64,000 nt of DNA from the NCBI GenBank assembly GCA_039815185.1, contig JBCBZT010000001.1, positions 1-64,000 on the forward strand, given 5' to 3'. Each line of letters starts with the position of its first letter. The stretch's first letter is position 1. The notes under the pieces were generated by a model that worked only from the letters and a program-made list of their open reading frames with translations, had not been told where the DNA came from and ran no database searches. Below, piece after piece: positions 50,567 through 61,822 of the stretch. The stretch comes from Cyanobacteria bacterium P01_A01_bin.123 (lineage in GTDB: Bacteria; Cyanobacteriota; Cyanobacteriia; Phormidesmidales; Phormidesmidaceae). Both the position numbers and the translations under genes were made by a program.

Positions 50567-50788
50567 GATGTTACCGTTGCCTTGCGATATTCATATTCAA
50601 CGCGATCGCAGCCGTCGTCAGTCTGATTGACTACAGAACGGTGACTGCGAGACTTTCCCAGAGTATCAAAAAGCCAGTCCCAGGGAGACTCAGCAGACTC
50701 AGAAGTGCGATACCTGGAACCCTATTTCTAGCGTAGCGATGATTAATCCCGTTGTAGGTTAGTGCTATGGAAAAATTATTCTGAAGGC

Positions 50789-51310
50789 TTACTGGTGCGG
50801 CGATAACAGAAACCTCGGCGGACTGAGCCAAACCAGTTGACTTTGGCCTCGAGCCTGTCGCGCCTCAGGCACCTGCAAACCAATCACACCCGCTTTTTTC
50901 AACACCCAGCGATCGCTAATCTGCCCTTCTACCAGTATTTGAGCCCACCGACTCAAGTCCGGTTCATGACCAATCAGGGCGAGGCGACTCTGGCCAGTTT
51001 GCTGCCAACTAGCCAACCAAGTTAACCAGGCTGCAAAGTTGCCGTTTGGAGCGAGATGATCGCAAACGTCAACCGCTGCACTGAGTCCGACAGCACTCAA
51101 AATATCAGCAGTTTGTCTTGCCCTGACCAAGGGACTGGTCAGCAGTGTTTCAAAATTGAGTCCGAGGGCTTTTAATCGCTCGGCAATCTGATGGGTTTTG
51201 ACGTCACCTTTTGCGGTCAGGGGGCGATCGCAGTCGTTGTCATAGGTGCCTCGTTCTGCCGCAATGCCGTGACGAATTAAATACAGCTCAGTCGGTATTG
51301 ATAACGCCAT
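50789..51310 (-). CDS. sixA: Phosphohistidine phosphatase
   Basis: LYLIRHGIA, TSPLVRARQTA, GHEPDL, LKKAG. Confidence 0.93.
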   Translation of the reverse strand: MALSIPTELYLIRHGIAAERGTYDNDCDRPLTAKGDVKTHQIAERLKALGLNFETLLTSPLVRARQTADILSAVGLSAAVDVCDHLAPNGNFAAWLTWLASWQQTGQSRLALIGHEPDLSRWAQILVEGQISDRWVLKKAGVIGLQVPEARQARGQSQLVWLSPPRFLLSPHQ

Positions 51311-52472
51311 CTTCAGGATTGATCAGTCGCAGCAGTTTTTGTTTGACTTGAGTATCGAACACCTCCCATTTGAGGCGATTATATTCTCCATGCTCATAAA
51401 AGCCGGAAAGAAAGCCGATGGGAATTTCAAACCCCCCGGCCCCAGAACGACCGCCGCCAAAGAACCGCCCTTGGCTGTCTTGACCAAACGCTTCTTTGAT
51501 AAATTCGTCAGGGTCGAGGGTAAGTTTGCTGGTGCGTAGGGAGCCCACGACCACCTCCCGTTCTTCATCTTCGTCATGGAGAATGCCATAAACCACGGCG
51601 GTGTGGACGTTTTCCTCAGTGACCAAAAAGTCAGCTGCTTGGGGAATGGCATCGCGATCTTCATACCGTAGATAGCCCACGCCAGCCGTGGAGACGCTGT
51701 TTTGAATTTTGCGATTGCGCAGCGATCGCTCAATCACATCCATCACCTGTTTTGAACGGGAGGCTAGCAAGACAGCACTGAGCAACTGGGCATCGTAATA
51801 GCGACTCAAAAAGGCGGCCGCCATAAAATCATTCTCCGCAGCGTACATCAAACGATTCGTATCCGAGCGTAGCCCATGCATAAGCGCCGTGGCGCATTTG
51901 ACATGGCGGCTGTTACTGCGATCGAGATCTAACAATCCGGCCTGTAGATATTGGGCCAAAATCGTCGCCGTAGCTCGAATATGGGGACGGATGTCAGTCA
52001 CTTCAGCCTCTAATTTGCCCTGGGAGGCATGGTGATCAATCACCAGAGCCAAAGGGAGTTCTGCTGCTTGAGCCAGCGATGCAATTTGGCTGGTAGTACC
52101 CTGGCTGTCAATCAGGACATACGCTTGATATTGAGAGAAAGCTAGCGTTTCGCCGCCTTGGGGATTCCAGCGACGGGCGGGGAGTTCGGTCAATTTGACT
52201 AGGGCAATGTTTTCTTGGTGGCTGAGGGTGCCGGCATAGAGGATATCGCAGGTGATGTCGTAGCCTTTGGCAATCAACGTATAGGCCCAAGCAGAAGAGA
52301 GGGCATCGGGGTCAGGGAAATCTTGAATTAAAACCAGTTGGCGATCGCCCCTATGGGCTACTAACATCTGCCGCAGTGCCCCAATTAATTGCTCGTCAGT
52401 GTCTCCCCCTTTGAAGGGCGGGGATGATGATGACTGTTCTAGCGTATTTAACGGCGCTTGTTGAGTTGCCAT
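51288..52472 (-). CDS. DHH family phosphoesterase (NrnA-like)
   Basis: FPDPDA, VIDHH, GGGR motifs. Confidence 0.9.
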   Translation of the reverse strand: MATQQAPLNTLEQSSSSPPFKGGDTDEQLIGALRQMLVAHRGDRQLVLIQDFPDPDALSSAWAYTLIAKGYDITCDILYAGTLSHQENIALVKLTELPARRWNPQGGETLAFSQYQAYVLIDSQGTTSQIASLAQAAELPLALVIDHHASQGKLEAEVTDIRPHIRATATILAQYLQAGLLDLDRSNSRHVKCATALMHGLRSDTNRLMYAAENDFMAAAFLSRYYDAQLLSAVLLASRSKQVMDVIERSLRNRKIQNSVSTAGVGYLRYEDRDAIPQAADFLVTEENVHTAVVYGILHDEDEEREVVVGSLRTSKLTLDPDEFIKEAFGQDSQGRFFGGGRSGAGGFEIPIGFLSGFYEHGEYNRLKWEVFDTQVKQKLLRLINPEDGVINTD

Positions 52473-52571
52473 GGGTTTGTCCCGGTAAGGCTTGCGAACT
52501 TAAAATCGGGGATTGCCCCTCCACAAAATGCGGGCAATAGCTCGCCTTGATTGAGCCTATCTCTTTCCCAA

Positions 52572-53072
52572 TTAAGTCCCAATAACATACTTACGCCACT
52601 CTTGGTGAATGCCGCTGCGAATTTGGCGAGACACTTCAAAATATAGACTGCTGTAAGGTTTTCGGGGTGGATTTCGCAGTGGCATGCTTGCTTCTTTGGG
52701 GGTACGGTTACCCTTCCTGACGTTACAGCGAACACAAGCCGTGACAATATTTTCCCAAGTGTCACCGCCGCCTCGCGATCGCGGCAAGACGTGATCTAGG
52801 GTTAACCCATCGCTAGAGGTATACCCACAATATTGGCAAGAGTGAGAATCACGATGGAGCAAATTACGGCGGGTCAAGGGGATTTCCTTATAGGGTACCC
52901 GCACGTAATGCCTTAACCGAATGACGGTCGGTAAAGGAAAGTTTGCATAGATAACCTTGCCATTATGTTCAACCTGCTCAGCTTTGCCCTTAATAATCAG
53001 AACTACCGCCCGTCGCCAACTGGTAATGTTGAGCGGTTCGTAGGACGCATTGAGCACTAGAACCTTGCTCAT
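52572..53072 (-). CDS. HNH endonuclease (conserved cyanobacterial McrA-like)
   Basis: MSKVLVLNASYEPL, CQYCG, TLDHVLPRSRGG, CVRCN. Confidence 0.92.
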   Translation of the reverse strand: MSKVLVLNASYEPLNITSWRRAVVLIIKGKAEQVEHNGKVIYANFPLPTVIRLRHYVRVPYKEIPLTRRNLLHRDSHSCQYCGYTSSDGLTLDHVLPRSRGGGDTWENIVTACVRCNVRKGNRTPKEASMPLRNPPRKPYSSLYFEVSRQIRSGIHQEWRKYVIGT

Positions 53073-53208
53073 CAGGGTGAATACAAAGAATAATGCCCTG
53101 ATAGTAGCACAGTTGCCCAGTTGCAGGTCTTTTGCCCTGTTACACTGCACTTAATTTTGACGGTTACTATATTTGAGCTGATGTGGTGTTAGCCGTGGAT
53201 AAAAAACT

Positions 53209-54414
53209 ATGTTGAGTTGGGACCATACCCCGAGTATTGCGTCAATGCGATGCTGTCGCGCCTGGGTCGAAATTGATTTGGCGGCATTGACCCATAATGT
53301 ACGACAGCTAAAAAGCTGCTTAGCAGCCAACACTGACTTAATGGCTGTGGTTAAGGCCGATGCCTACGGCCATGGGGCTGTCACGGTCGCCAAAACCGCC
53401 CTAGCAGCCGGCGCAACTTGGCTAGGGGTGGCGACCGTGCCAGAAGGCATTGAACTGCGGCAGGCCGCTATACAGGCGCCGATTATGTTGTTAGGGGCCG
53501 TTAACAGCCCAGCAGAAGTCCAGGCAATTGTGCGGTGGCAACTGCAACCCACCCTGGTGAGCCCCAAACAAGCCCTGGTCTTTTCCGACGCGATCGCTCA
53601 GTCAGGATTCAGCGCCGCTGCGCCGCTATCAGTGCACCTCAAACTCGATACGGGGATGACACGCCTGGGGTTTAGTTGGGAACGAGCAGTCGAATTCTAC
53701 CAGTTTGTCCAGCAGCTCCCCCATTTAGAAATTGCCAGCGTCTATTCTCACCTGGCTACTGCCGATAGCCCTGATCAGCACACCATGCAACAGCAGCAGC
53801 AGCGCTTTGACACCGCGATCGCCCAGCTGCAAGCCCGAAAGCTGATACCACCCCGGCTGCACTTGGCAAATTCAGCAGCGATGTTAACTGACGCCACGCT
53901 TCACTATGATCTGGTGCGCACGGGGTTAGTCCTATACGGGTTATATCCTGCGCCCCATCTGGCAAAGCAGATTGACTTGCATCCGGTATTGCAAGTTAAA
54001 GCCCGGATTACCCACATTAAAACCATTGCTGAGGGCACTGGGGTGAGCTACGGACACCAATTTATCGCTGATGGCCCCATGCGCATTGCGGTCGTCGGGA
54101 TTGGCTATGCCGACGGTGTTCCCCGGCTACTGTCCAACCGACTCCAGGTGATTGTGCAAGGTACCCTGGCGAATCAACTGGGCGCAATTACGATGGATCA
54201 GATGATGATCGATGTTACCCATTTACCCAATCTGCAAACCGATGATGTCGTGACGTTAATTGGTCATGAGGGAACAGTGAGTCGGTCTGCGGAAACTTGG
54301 GCCGAGGCCCTAGGCACCATCAGTTGGGAAATTCTATGTGGATTCAAACACCGTTTACCCCGGATTACCGGAACAGGCAGTAAATCAGTGCAGGCGTCCC
54401 TCGATATCAGTTAA
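53209..54414 (+). CDS. alr: Alanine racemase
   Basis: AVVKADAYGHG, HLKLDTGMTRLG, GYADG. Confidence 0.96.
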   Translation: MLSWDHTPSIASMRCCRAWVEIDLAALTHNVRQLKSCLAANTDLMAVVKADAYGHGAVTVAKTALAAGATWLGVATVPEGIELRQAAIQAPIMLLGAVNSPAEVQAIVRWQLQPTLVSPKQALVFSDAIAQSGFSAAAPLSVHLKLDTGMTRLGFSWERAVEFYQFVQQLPHLEIASVYSHLATADSPDQHTMQQQQQRFDTAIAQLQARKLIPPRLHLANSAAMLTDATLHYDLVRTGLVLYGLYPAPHLAKQIDLHPVLQVKARITHIKTIAEGTGVSYGHQFIADGPMRIAVVGIGYADGVPRLLSNRLQVIVQGTLANQLGAITMDQMMIDVTHLPNLQTDDVVTLIGHEGTVSRSAETWAEALGTISWEILCGFKHRLPRITGTGSKSVQASLDIS

Positions 54415-54468
54415 TCTTAAGATCGGCATAGGGCAAAAAAATCTGCTATTATCGATTTCTATTGCCGT

Positions 54469-54558
54469 GGAGAGGTGGCTGAGTGGTCGAAAGCGGCAGA
54501 TTGCTAATCTGTTGATGGGTGTTTAACCTATCCGAGGGTTCGAATCCCTCCCTCTCCG
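54469..54558 (+). tRNA. tRNA-Ser(GCT)
   Basis: GGAGAGG acceptor stem, GCAGA-TT-GCT-AA-TCTGT anticodon arm, long variable arm, GGTTCGAATCC. Confidence 0.97.
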
Positions 54559-54639
54559 TTGTTTTAAGCGACTTTGCAAGACCAAGCCTTCGGGACGCAC
54601 CTATACAGCTCTGATGGGTAGAGACGCGCAGCTGCGCAC

Positions 54640-54720
54640 CTAGGGGCTATCATCTGATTAGGTCGGGCGCGGCAAGGCTCAACCATAGGCTTTTCGCATT
54701 TAATTGATGACACGCCCTAG
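54640..54720. repeat. Dispersed repeat family C, copy 2
   Basis: Terminal IR ctagggg...tcatc / gatga...ccctag; core matches 28168-28243. Confidence 0.7.
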
Positions 54721-54764
54721 TGCAAAGTGTGCAAAAAGTTGAACCCCTCCCATGAAAATTAGTA

Positions 54765-55307
54765 TTAAGGGATCTGCTGAAGCAGTTGCTCCGGTGATGC
54801 GTTGGGGTGGAGAAAAGAAAACAAATGGCGATCGCGAATCACACCCCCTGGATCAATCACAAACTGAGCCGGGAGGGGAGCACCCAGCGCCTGCCCCGTA
54901 CCATATTGCCGAAAGCTAATGCAGGTAGGATCACTCAACAGCGGCATTTTAAGCCCCAGATCGCGCACCACAATTTGACTTTGCTGGGCATCGGTGCTGG
55001 TTATCATAAGCAGCGCAACGCCGCGATCGCAAAATTGATCATAAGCTCCATTGATCGCCAAGATATGGGGAAAACACAACGGGCAGTACTGCTTTTCGGT
55101 AAAGATGCGGGTGAAGAGCAGCACCACTAGGCGATCGCCCCAGCATTGAGAGAGCTGGAGCTGATTTTGACCGTTAACATCCGGCAGCAGCAAATCGGGT
55201 GCACGATCCCCAGGATTGAGACGATTTTGGGCCGGGATAGGTAAGAAATTCCTAAAAAAACGCCGAGTCAACAACCCCGTAAAATCAGATGAAATGGCTT
55301 GAGTCAA
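54765..55307 (-). CDS. AhpC/TSA peroxiredoxin-like protein
   Basis: YCPLCFPH CxxC, LLSDP, PAQFVID. Confidence 0.85.
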   Translation of the reverse strand: MTQAISSDFTGLLTRRFFRNFLPIPAQNRLNPGDRAPDLLLPDVNGQNQLQLSQCWGDRLVVLLFTRIFTEKQYCPLCFPHILAINGAYDQFCDRGVALLMITSTDAQQSQIVVRDLGLKMPLLSDPTCISFRQYGTGQALGAPLPAQFVIDPGGVIRDRHLFSFLHPNASPEQLLQQIP

Positions 55308-55312
55308 AGCAA

Positions 55313-55924
55313 TCAGGCCTCAACTTCAGCAAAAAATTCCTTGGATTTCACCGGATCAGAGCTCATCGTCTTCTCTCCAGGCTGCCAGCCGGCAGGGCAA
55401 ACTTCATCGGGATGTGACTGTACATACTGAACCGCTTGGAGGACGCGCAGGGTTTCATCCACGCTCCGCCCAAAGGATAAATTATTGACCGTTAGGTGCT
55501 GAATCACGCCCTCTTTATCAACTACAAGTAACCCGCGCAGTGCTACACCCGCATCCGGATCAAGTACATTGTAATCGGCACTAATTTCCTTCTTAATATC
55601 GGAGATCAACGGATAACTTAAATCCCCAAGACCACCCATCTTACGCTCCGTTTGAATCCAAGCCAGGTGGGAAAATTCACTGTCAACTGAAACTCCTAAG
55701 ACTTCTGTATTCAGCTCTTTAAATTCACTGTAGCGATCGCTAAATGCCGTGATCTCAGTCGGGCAAACAAACGTAAAGTCCAGTGGATAGAAGAACAGAA
55801 TAACGTACTTACCCCGATAGTCAGACAGCTTGATTGTCTTAAATTCCTGATCAACAACGGCAGTTGCCATAAAATCAGGGGCTACTTGACCGACGCGAAG
55901 GCATCCTTCGTTTTGGTAAGCCAT
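55313..55924 (-). CDS. 2-Cys peroxiredoxin
   Basis: [30 protein letters not shown] before ATG 55924. Confidence 0.95.
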   Translation of the reverse strand: MAYQNEGCLRVGQVAPDFMATAVVDQEFKTIKLSDYRGKYVILFFYPLDFTFVCPTEITAFSDRYSEFKELNTEVLGVSVDSEFSHLAWIQTERKMGGLGDLSYPLISDIKKEISADYNVLDPDAGVALRGLLVVDKEGVIQHLTVNNLSFGRSVDETLRVLQAVQYVQSHPDEVCPAGWQPGEKTMSSDPVKSKEFFAEVEA

Positions 55925-56145
55925 TTTGTCAATTCTCCTAAAACTCAACGTGCCGTGATCACTTGATCCAGCAATCGCCATGCAACGTTGCCTATGACAC
56001 TCAATTTAAGGCCAGACTACCGATGAATATATCACACCGATAGCGCAATCGATGGGAGCAGAGCACCTCGATATAAGGTGCACCACAAAGTAACGGCTTC
56101 TCTGAAAAAGCATGGTGGAAGCCCCCTATGGCCTGATTTTTAGGA

Positions 56146-56217
56146 TGGCTCAGACGTGATTTGAACACGTGACCAAGGGCTTATGAGTCCCCTGCTCTAC
56201 CACTGAGCTACTGAGCC
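56146..56217 (-). tRNA. tRNA-Met(CAT), elongator type
   Basis: GGCTCAGTAGCTCAGTGGTAGAGCAGGGGACTCATAAGCCCTTGGTCACGTGTTCAAATCACGTCTGAGCCA. Confidence 0.93.
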
Positions 56218-56396
56218 TGATGTGGACTAACTAGATACCAAAGCTGAATACTGACTCAGCTTAAAGCACAGTCAACAATATAAAAGACTAGCACATGATG
56301 GGAATCAATAGTTTCCATATGCGTCAAGACAAACATCAACAAGCTATTCGCAGCCAAGGACGTTTGACTTGCGAATAGCTTGTCTAAACGATTACC

Positions 56397-58607
56397 CTAT
56401 CGCCCGGGGAGATAAGATATCGGATTAACAGTTCCTTGACCCTGCAAATGCACCTCAAAGTGGAGGTGGGGCCCAGTGCTATAACCCGTGCTCCCCATCT
56501 CAGCAATTTGCTGACCCTGGGCAACCTGCTGTCCTGAGCTCACTAGCAGTCGACTATTGTGGGCATAACGCGTCATACTCCCATCAGCATGGCGGATATC
56601 AATCAGATTTCCATAGCCACCTGAGTTCCAGCCTGCGCGTTCGATCACCCCTGATGCAGCTGCAACAATGGGTGTTCCCACAGGACCAGCAATGTCAACC
56701 CCGTGATGCATCCTGCCCCAGCGACGTCCATACCCAGAAGTCAGCGTTCCTGTCGTTGGCCAAACATAGCCATTGAAGTAATTAGGCGCTTCTGGTAAGA
56801 ACTCGTCCGCGTTTGGCAACGCCGGCATATCGGGTGAAACAACTTGCCCGGCTGCAGGGCGATTAATCGGAGCATAGGCCTCTGAGCCAAGGGGTGCAGC
56901 CGCCAACAGCTGCGTCGAATCATCGACAACCGGAACAGGCCCACCTAAAGCAGAATCCGAAGCAGCACTCTGATAACTTGCCCGGTTCTCAAACTCTGGA
57001 TTAACTGCAGCAGATGACATCTCAGACAGATTTTCAGGTGCCTCCACCGCTGCGATCGAAGCAACAGACTGCTCTGATGACTGCAGTTCTGATATAGCAA
57101 GCTGTTGAGCTGCGTCAACATCTGCCATCAGATTGGCCATATAAGTATCAGCACTTGGATTATCTACGGCGATATCTGCTGAAGCAGGGTCAGCTATGGC
57201 TGGTTGGTCAGCATCCGGAGCTAGGGCGCGGCTGTATCGAGTAGGCAACATGGTTTGGCGTAGTTGCTGGAGGTCAGCCTCATTCTCGATCGGGTTGAGA
57301 ACAGTTGACTGAAGCTGTGTCAATCGCTCAAGTGGGCTATTTGCATTTGCCCCAGAGCTAAATACAGGACCATCAACAGCTGCAACGGTTTCCACACCAG
57401 CCGAACCCAAGGAGCCAGATTGTTGATTGACTTGTGGAATCAACAAACTCTCACCCGCGACAATCAAGTCAGGGTTTTCAAGTTGATTAATGCGGACTAA
57501 GTCGGCAGTCGAAATACCATAAGCCTCAGCAAGGTCAGCAATCGTATCACCCTCACGGATGTCATACGGTTGCTCTATCCAAGGGGGTGAAGACACGCCC
57601 TCGATCGAGGTTGAAATTTGTAAAGTCTCTTCCTGAACGACTTCCGCTTCGACCTCACCTTGATCGTCAGCGGCAGTTGGCAAACCAATCTCGACTTCGG
57701 GATTAACCGTTAACTCGGGCTTGGGTTCAGGTGACGCATTGAGTACTTGTGACTCAACTCGCTCAGCCTCAATCTGAACCGGAACAGCTTCGCTTGTCCA
57801 AGTCGCAGCTGACAAAGAGTCAGCCTCACGACCGTCTTGCAACAACTGAGGAGTAGGTTCGTTTTCGTCTAGAGCCGCCGCCACTTGAGAAGGAGCCACT
57901 CGACCCAAAAACTGAGGTTCAACCCCTGAATTTGTTGTCGGCTGCGCCTGATCAGACGCTTCAACTGAAAACTGCTCTGGTCTAATGCTGAGTTCAAGTG
58001 CCTGCTGAAGCTCTTGACGTTTCTGGTGAACAGCCTCCAAAGCCGCTGCCTGAGAAGCTTTTAACTGAGCATCAGATTGGTCAAAAGCTGCTTGCTCTTG
58101 TTGAGCAACTGCGAGTTCAGACGGTAGTTCAGAACTCGTGGGGACTGGTTCGGCCTCAACAGATACCGGGATTTTTAATACTTGTCCAACCTGCAACACC
58201 GTTTCGGCAGAAACCCCGTTAGCTTGCTCAACGGTGTTGACCTCAACGCTGTGAACATTTGCGATCTGAGAAAGCGTTTGGCCTTCCTGAACCGTGTGAT
58301 AAACAGTGTCGGACGCATCCAAGGTAGCCACAGGCATCATGCCAGCAGCGGGCACATCAAGACCTGAGGGCAACGTAGATAGTGTTGGATTAAGTGGGGC
58401 GGATGGAAGACCCGCCGCCGCCACTGCACCCTGACGGGAAAGAAGGGCACCGGATGCTCCCATAGAGAGTGCTAAGCCCAACATTGCAGCAGACGTCCGT
58501 ACTCTGCGTCTGTTTCCGGAAAAGCCTTGCTCTACCCGTTCAACAACGTCTTCAAGAGACGCAGGAACCAAGTCAGAAAAAGACTCCTGGGGAAATGCTC
58601 GTTTCAA
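56397..58607 (-). CDS. LysM / M23 metallopeptidase (NlpD-like)
   Basis: Two LysM motifs, HHGVD, YAHNS, STGPHLHFE; TTG start after AGGAGG (ORF open to 58685). Confidence 0.92.
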   Translation of the reverse strand: MKRAFPQESFSDLVPASLEDVVERVEQGFSGNRRRVRTSAAMLGLALSMGASGALLSRQGAVAAAGLPSAPLNPTLSTLPSGLDVPAAGMMPVATLDASDTVYHTVQEGQTLSQIANVHSVEVNTVEQANGVSAETVLQVGQVLKIPVSVEAEPVPTSSELPSELAVAQQEQAAFDQSDAQLKASQAAALEAVHQKRQELQQALELSIRPEQFSVEASDQAQPTTNSGVEPQFLGRVAPSQVAAALDENEPTPQLLQDGREADSLSAATWTSEAVPVQIEAERVESQVLNASPEPKPELTVNPEVEIGLPTAADDQGEVEAEVVQEETLQISTSIEGVSSPPWIEQPYDIREGDTIADLAEAYGISTADLVRINQLENPDLIVAGESLLIPQVNQQSGSLGSAGVETVAAVDGPVFSSGANANSPLERLTQLQSTVLNPIENEADLQQLRQTMLPTRYSRALAPDADQPAIADPASADIAVDNPSADTYMANLMADVDAAQQLAISELQSSEQSVASIAAVEAPENLSEMSSAAVNPEFENRASYQSAASDSALGGPVPVVDDSTQLLAAAPLGSEAYAPINRPAAGQVVSPDMPALPNADEFLPEAPNYFNGYVWPTTGTLTSGYGRRWGRMHHGVDIAGPVGTPIVAAASGVIERAGWNSGGYGNLIDIRHADGSMTRYAHNSRLLVSSGQQVAQGQQIAEMGSTGYSTGPHLHFEVHLQGQGTVNPISYLPGR

Positions 58608-59327
58608 GGAACGACCTCCTACACATAACCAGCGTTCAACTGCCTCAAAAGCATTTGGCTCTAAGAGCCGTGGCATTGTCCTCAAAACAGAAAATTAGAC
58701 TAGCCATGCTTGAGAAACAAAAATTGCGTAATTGCAAATCTAACCGAGCTTTATTGCTTCGGTTTATCTAACTTAGGCAAGTTTACACGAGTTAACTCAA
58801 AATTCAATCCCTTATTTCTTTCATATTGGTAAGGCAATAGCCGGAATAAAGATGCAGTAAGGCCACAATTTCTTTTTAGGTAATGGGGTTAGGCCTTCAA
58901 TTCAAATGTTCTGGTTGCCCTGCAAGATCCTCTATTTTTGCGGGTTTAGTGCTGGATTTAAGGCAATTTTCAATCCAATTAGGGCAGATGGTTCTTGATT
59001 TGAGACCGTTTGAGCTTTTTTTGAATCTTAAGGCGTTTTCACATGACTCCCCTGCCGATTGAGCGGGGGTAAACCTGAATCAGGTTCGATAAAGTACCCA
59101 TAGCTAATATCTATAGAAATTTCTTATCGGAAACGAAGGTTTTTGTATCTTGAACAACCAAATACGCTGGACTTACCGGCAGTCTTAAAGTGGGGGGCTG
59201 AGATTTGGATTAGTCCACATCCGTAATCGGCTTGAGGCAGCTTTCGAGTTAATTTCCCAGAGATAACACTGCGATTGAGGTGTGACTAGAAATGCATAGG
59301 TATATAGATATAGAACCGGGTTATGTC

Positions 59328-59792
59328 TTAAATAGACAACTGCCCCACCTGCCTAAGCGCTTCAAATAGACCGATTGAAACACTGACTGACAGGTTTAAA
59401 CTGCGAACTTGGGGCTGACGCATAGGAATATAAAGGGTTTGCTGACAGTGATCGAGAATCTCGCGAGGTAATCCCTGGGTTTCGCTGCCAAACAGAAGCC
59501 AGTCGTTATCTGCGAAAAGCATCTCTACATAGCTGCATCGTCCTGAAGTGCTGAAACCTAAAAGACGCCCCCCTTGTTGACATTGATAGTCTAAAAATGA
59601 ATCCCAGTCGGGGTGAACATGCAAATCGACGTTGGGCCAGTAGTCAAGCCCCGCTCGCTTAAGATGGCGATCGCTGAGTTCAAATCCCAGGGGTTCTACC
59701 AAGTGCAGCTCGACCCCGGTGGCGGCGCAGGTGCGAGCAATGTTGCCAGTGTTTGGTGGAATTTGCGGATAAACTAAGACGACTCGAGGCAT
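59328..59792 (-). CDS. trmL: tRNA (cytidine(34)-2'-O)-methyltransferase
   Basis: PQIPPNTGNIARTC, RAGLDYW, FGSETQGL, RSLNLS. Confidence 0.93.
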   Translation of the reverse strand: MPRVVLVYPQIPPNTGNIARTCAATGVELHLVEPLGFELSDRHLKRAGLDYWPNVDLHVHPDWDSFLDYQCQQGGRLLGFSTSGRCSYVEMLFADNDWLLFGSETQGLPREILDHCQQTLYIPMRQPQVRSLNLSVSVSIGLFEALRQVGQLSI

Positions 59793-60036
59793 CGGCCCTC
59801 TAAATCGGGTGGAAACGCTTAACATCATCCCACGGGGATGCGATCGCTACCGTAGTTTTACGGAATAACGATAGTTTTTTTTAATCTATGTTGCTCGATG
59901 GCGGCTAAATGCCATCTGAACCCCACCTGATTTGCGAATTTGGGCTTTGAGCTTAGGGAGAAACGCTTGAACTTTTAGCTGAGCTGAGCTGAAAATCTGG
60001 AGGTGGACGCCGTTTGATTCAACCCTTCGTTTAGGA

Positions 60037-61200
60037 TTAAGCGGCAGCAGGCTGGCAAAGATCTTGGGCCAGTGCCGCCTCTTGAATACGAACCGCTTGA
60101 ATAGCCGCTGTGAGAATCGCTTGAGGAGACTCGCCCTGTTGATATTGAGTAAGCCAGCGTTGAGCTTGATTGCCGTCCCGGAGAATTTTTTTCAGCGGGA
60201 CGAGGAAACAACTAATGCCTTGCTGTTTGGCGATGGGGGCAACTTCATCGTAAAGCTGGGCGATCCAGTCGGCAGCGCGAATGCTGCGCCCGTCTTGCCA
60301 ATGGCGCAGTTGGGCGTTAAGGCTCTGTTCAGCTACGGCGGTTTCGTTAGCATCAGTCAGGGTCACCAGGGTTTCAGCTCGCTCGGTAGCGGGTAAGGTG
60401 CTTAGGGTGAGGGGATCTAGGCTTGGATCGGTACAAAGCTGCAATAACCGAGCTTCGAGGAATGCTGTGACGGCGAGTAAAGCCAAGGGGTCGATGACCA
60501 GATCGCAAATCCGGAGTTCTAACCGATTGAGATTGTACGGACGGCGATCGCCGTTGGGGCGCACAGCACTCCAAAGATGACGGACATTTTGCATGGTGCC
60601 AGCAGCCAATTGCGCTTCTGTCCAATGAATATGGTGAGCATGGCTTTCAAACAGCGGCACATGGGCTGGAGTTTTGGGAAACATCTGCCAGCGAGTGGAG
60701 TGAAAACCTGTGGCTTGCCCATCCAGAAATGGGGATGATGCAGTTAAAGCCAGATATAACGGAGCTTCGACCCGAATGAGTCGGCAGGCCCGCATCAGCA
60801 ACTCTGGATCAGCGATGCCAACATTGATATGGATACTGGCCGTGACAACTTTAGTGCCATAGGTGCTCTCGATATAGCTGTGATAAGGGTTTTGTGGATC
60901 TGAACGATAAAAGCGATCGCTATCGCCTAAGGACAATGTGCTCCCAGGAAGCACAGTATAGTTGCCCAATCGCTTTAAATAAGCCCTCAACTGTTGGCGC
61001 GGACGCACCAGTTCGCAGAGTAATTGCTCGTAGCGGTAGAGTGGTGCGGTCGTGTACTCAACATTGCGGCTATCGGGTTCGCGGACAAACCCTGCCAAAT
61101 CTGCCACGATTCGATCGGAAAGCCCCACAATTTCACCTTCAGGGGTGCCGGTGTAGAGTTCGACTTCAAAACCTTTGGAAAGCAGCACAGATTTCCTCAA
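60037..61200 (-). CDS. gshA: Glutamate-cysteine ligase (cyanobacterial type)
   Basis: LLSKGFEVE, REPDSRNVEY, VTASIHIN, NRLELRICDL. Confidence 0.92.
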   Translation of the reverse strand: MRKSVLLSKGFEVELYTGTPEGEIVGLSDRIVADLAGFVREPDSRNVEYTTAPLYRYEQLLCELVRPRQQLRAYLKRLGNYTVLPGSTLSLGDSDRFYRSDPQNPYHSYIESTYGTKVVTASIHINVGIADPELLMRACRLIRVEAPLYLALTASSPFLDGQATGFHSTRWQMFPKTPAHVPLFESHAHHIHWTEAQLAAGTMQNVRHLWSAVRPNGDRRPYNLNRLELRICDLVIDPLALLAVTAFLEARLLQLCTDPSLDPLTLSTLPATERAETLVTLTDANETAVAEQSLNAQLRHWQDGRSIRAADWIAQLYDEVAPIAKQQGISCFLVPLKKILRDGNQAQRWLTQYQQGESPQAILTAAIQAVRIQEAALAQDLCQPAAA

Positions 61201-61305
61201 TAGTTGGGCTGATTGGCGCAGCGCACCGTTCCCTCCTATAGTATCGAGGATTGTTCCAACCCTGGACTTGTCCTATAACTTGCAGCCCCAGGCTGCAATT
61301 AAGCA

Positions 61306-61388
61306 TGCGGATGAAAGGACTTGAACCTTCACGCCACGAGGGCACTAGAACCTAAATCTAGCGCGTCTACCAATTCCGCCACATCCGC
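61306..61388 (-). tRNA. tRNA-Leu(TAG)
   Basis: GCGGATGTGGCGGAATTGGTAGACGCGCTAGATTTAGGTTCTAG...GGTTCAAGTCC. Confidence 0.97.
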
Positions 61389-61677
61389 GTGTCGAATCTG
61401 AATTGTAGCAACAAATGTCTCCCCCGTGGCGCTGGGAATAGGTTCTTGCCCCCTGTTTTCAACCATAGCCAAAAATTTCTCCTATATATAAGGACATAAT
61501 GGGTACAGACAGGCAAAGCAGATACAAAATGGAAGGGGAAAGCGTGATAAGCCTCCAGCCAGCTCAGCAGGCAGTCCACTGCCTAGACCAATCTAGGAGG
61601 CCGTCAGCGCACACTATGATTAATCTATGATGTTCATCCGTAGCAGTTCATAACTCAGGGATAACAGTAGATTTAAG

Positions 61678-61756
61678 CCACATCCGATTTGAAAACGTAG
61701 GTAGAGCCATAGCGCCTTGCACCCCCACAAGAAAAACTATGGATCTGGATGTGGAC
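61678..61756. repeat. Dispersed repeat family B, copy 2
   Basis: Matches 15658-15735; terminal IR ccacatcc / ggatgtgg. Confidence 0.7.
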
Positions 61757-61822
61757 AAGGGGTAAGACGCTATTATTTATCGTCAGCAGGGCACCGTTAG
61801 TACGCGAGGAGAAACCGACCGA

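Noticed and set aside
52572..53072. HNH gene as a mobile or defence nuclease
   Set aside because: Matches the conserved cyanobacterial HNH in a housekeeping context next to alr; no methylase, intron or repeats nearby.
54469..61388. tRNA-anchored genomic island
   Set aside because: No integrase, no duplicated tRNA 3' ends noticed, and the intervening genes are core.
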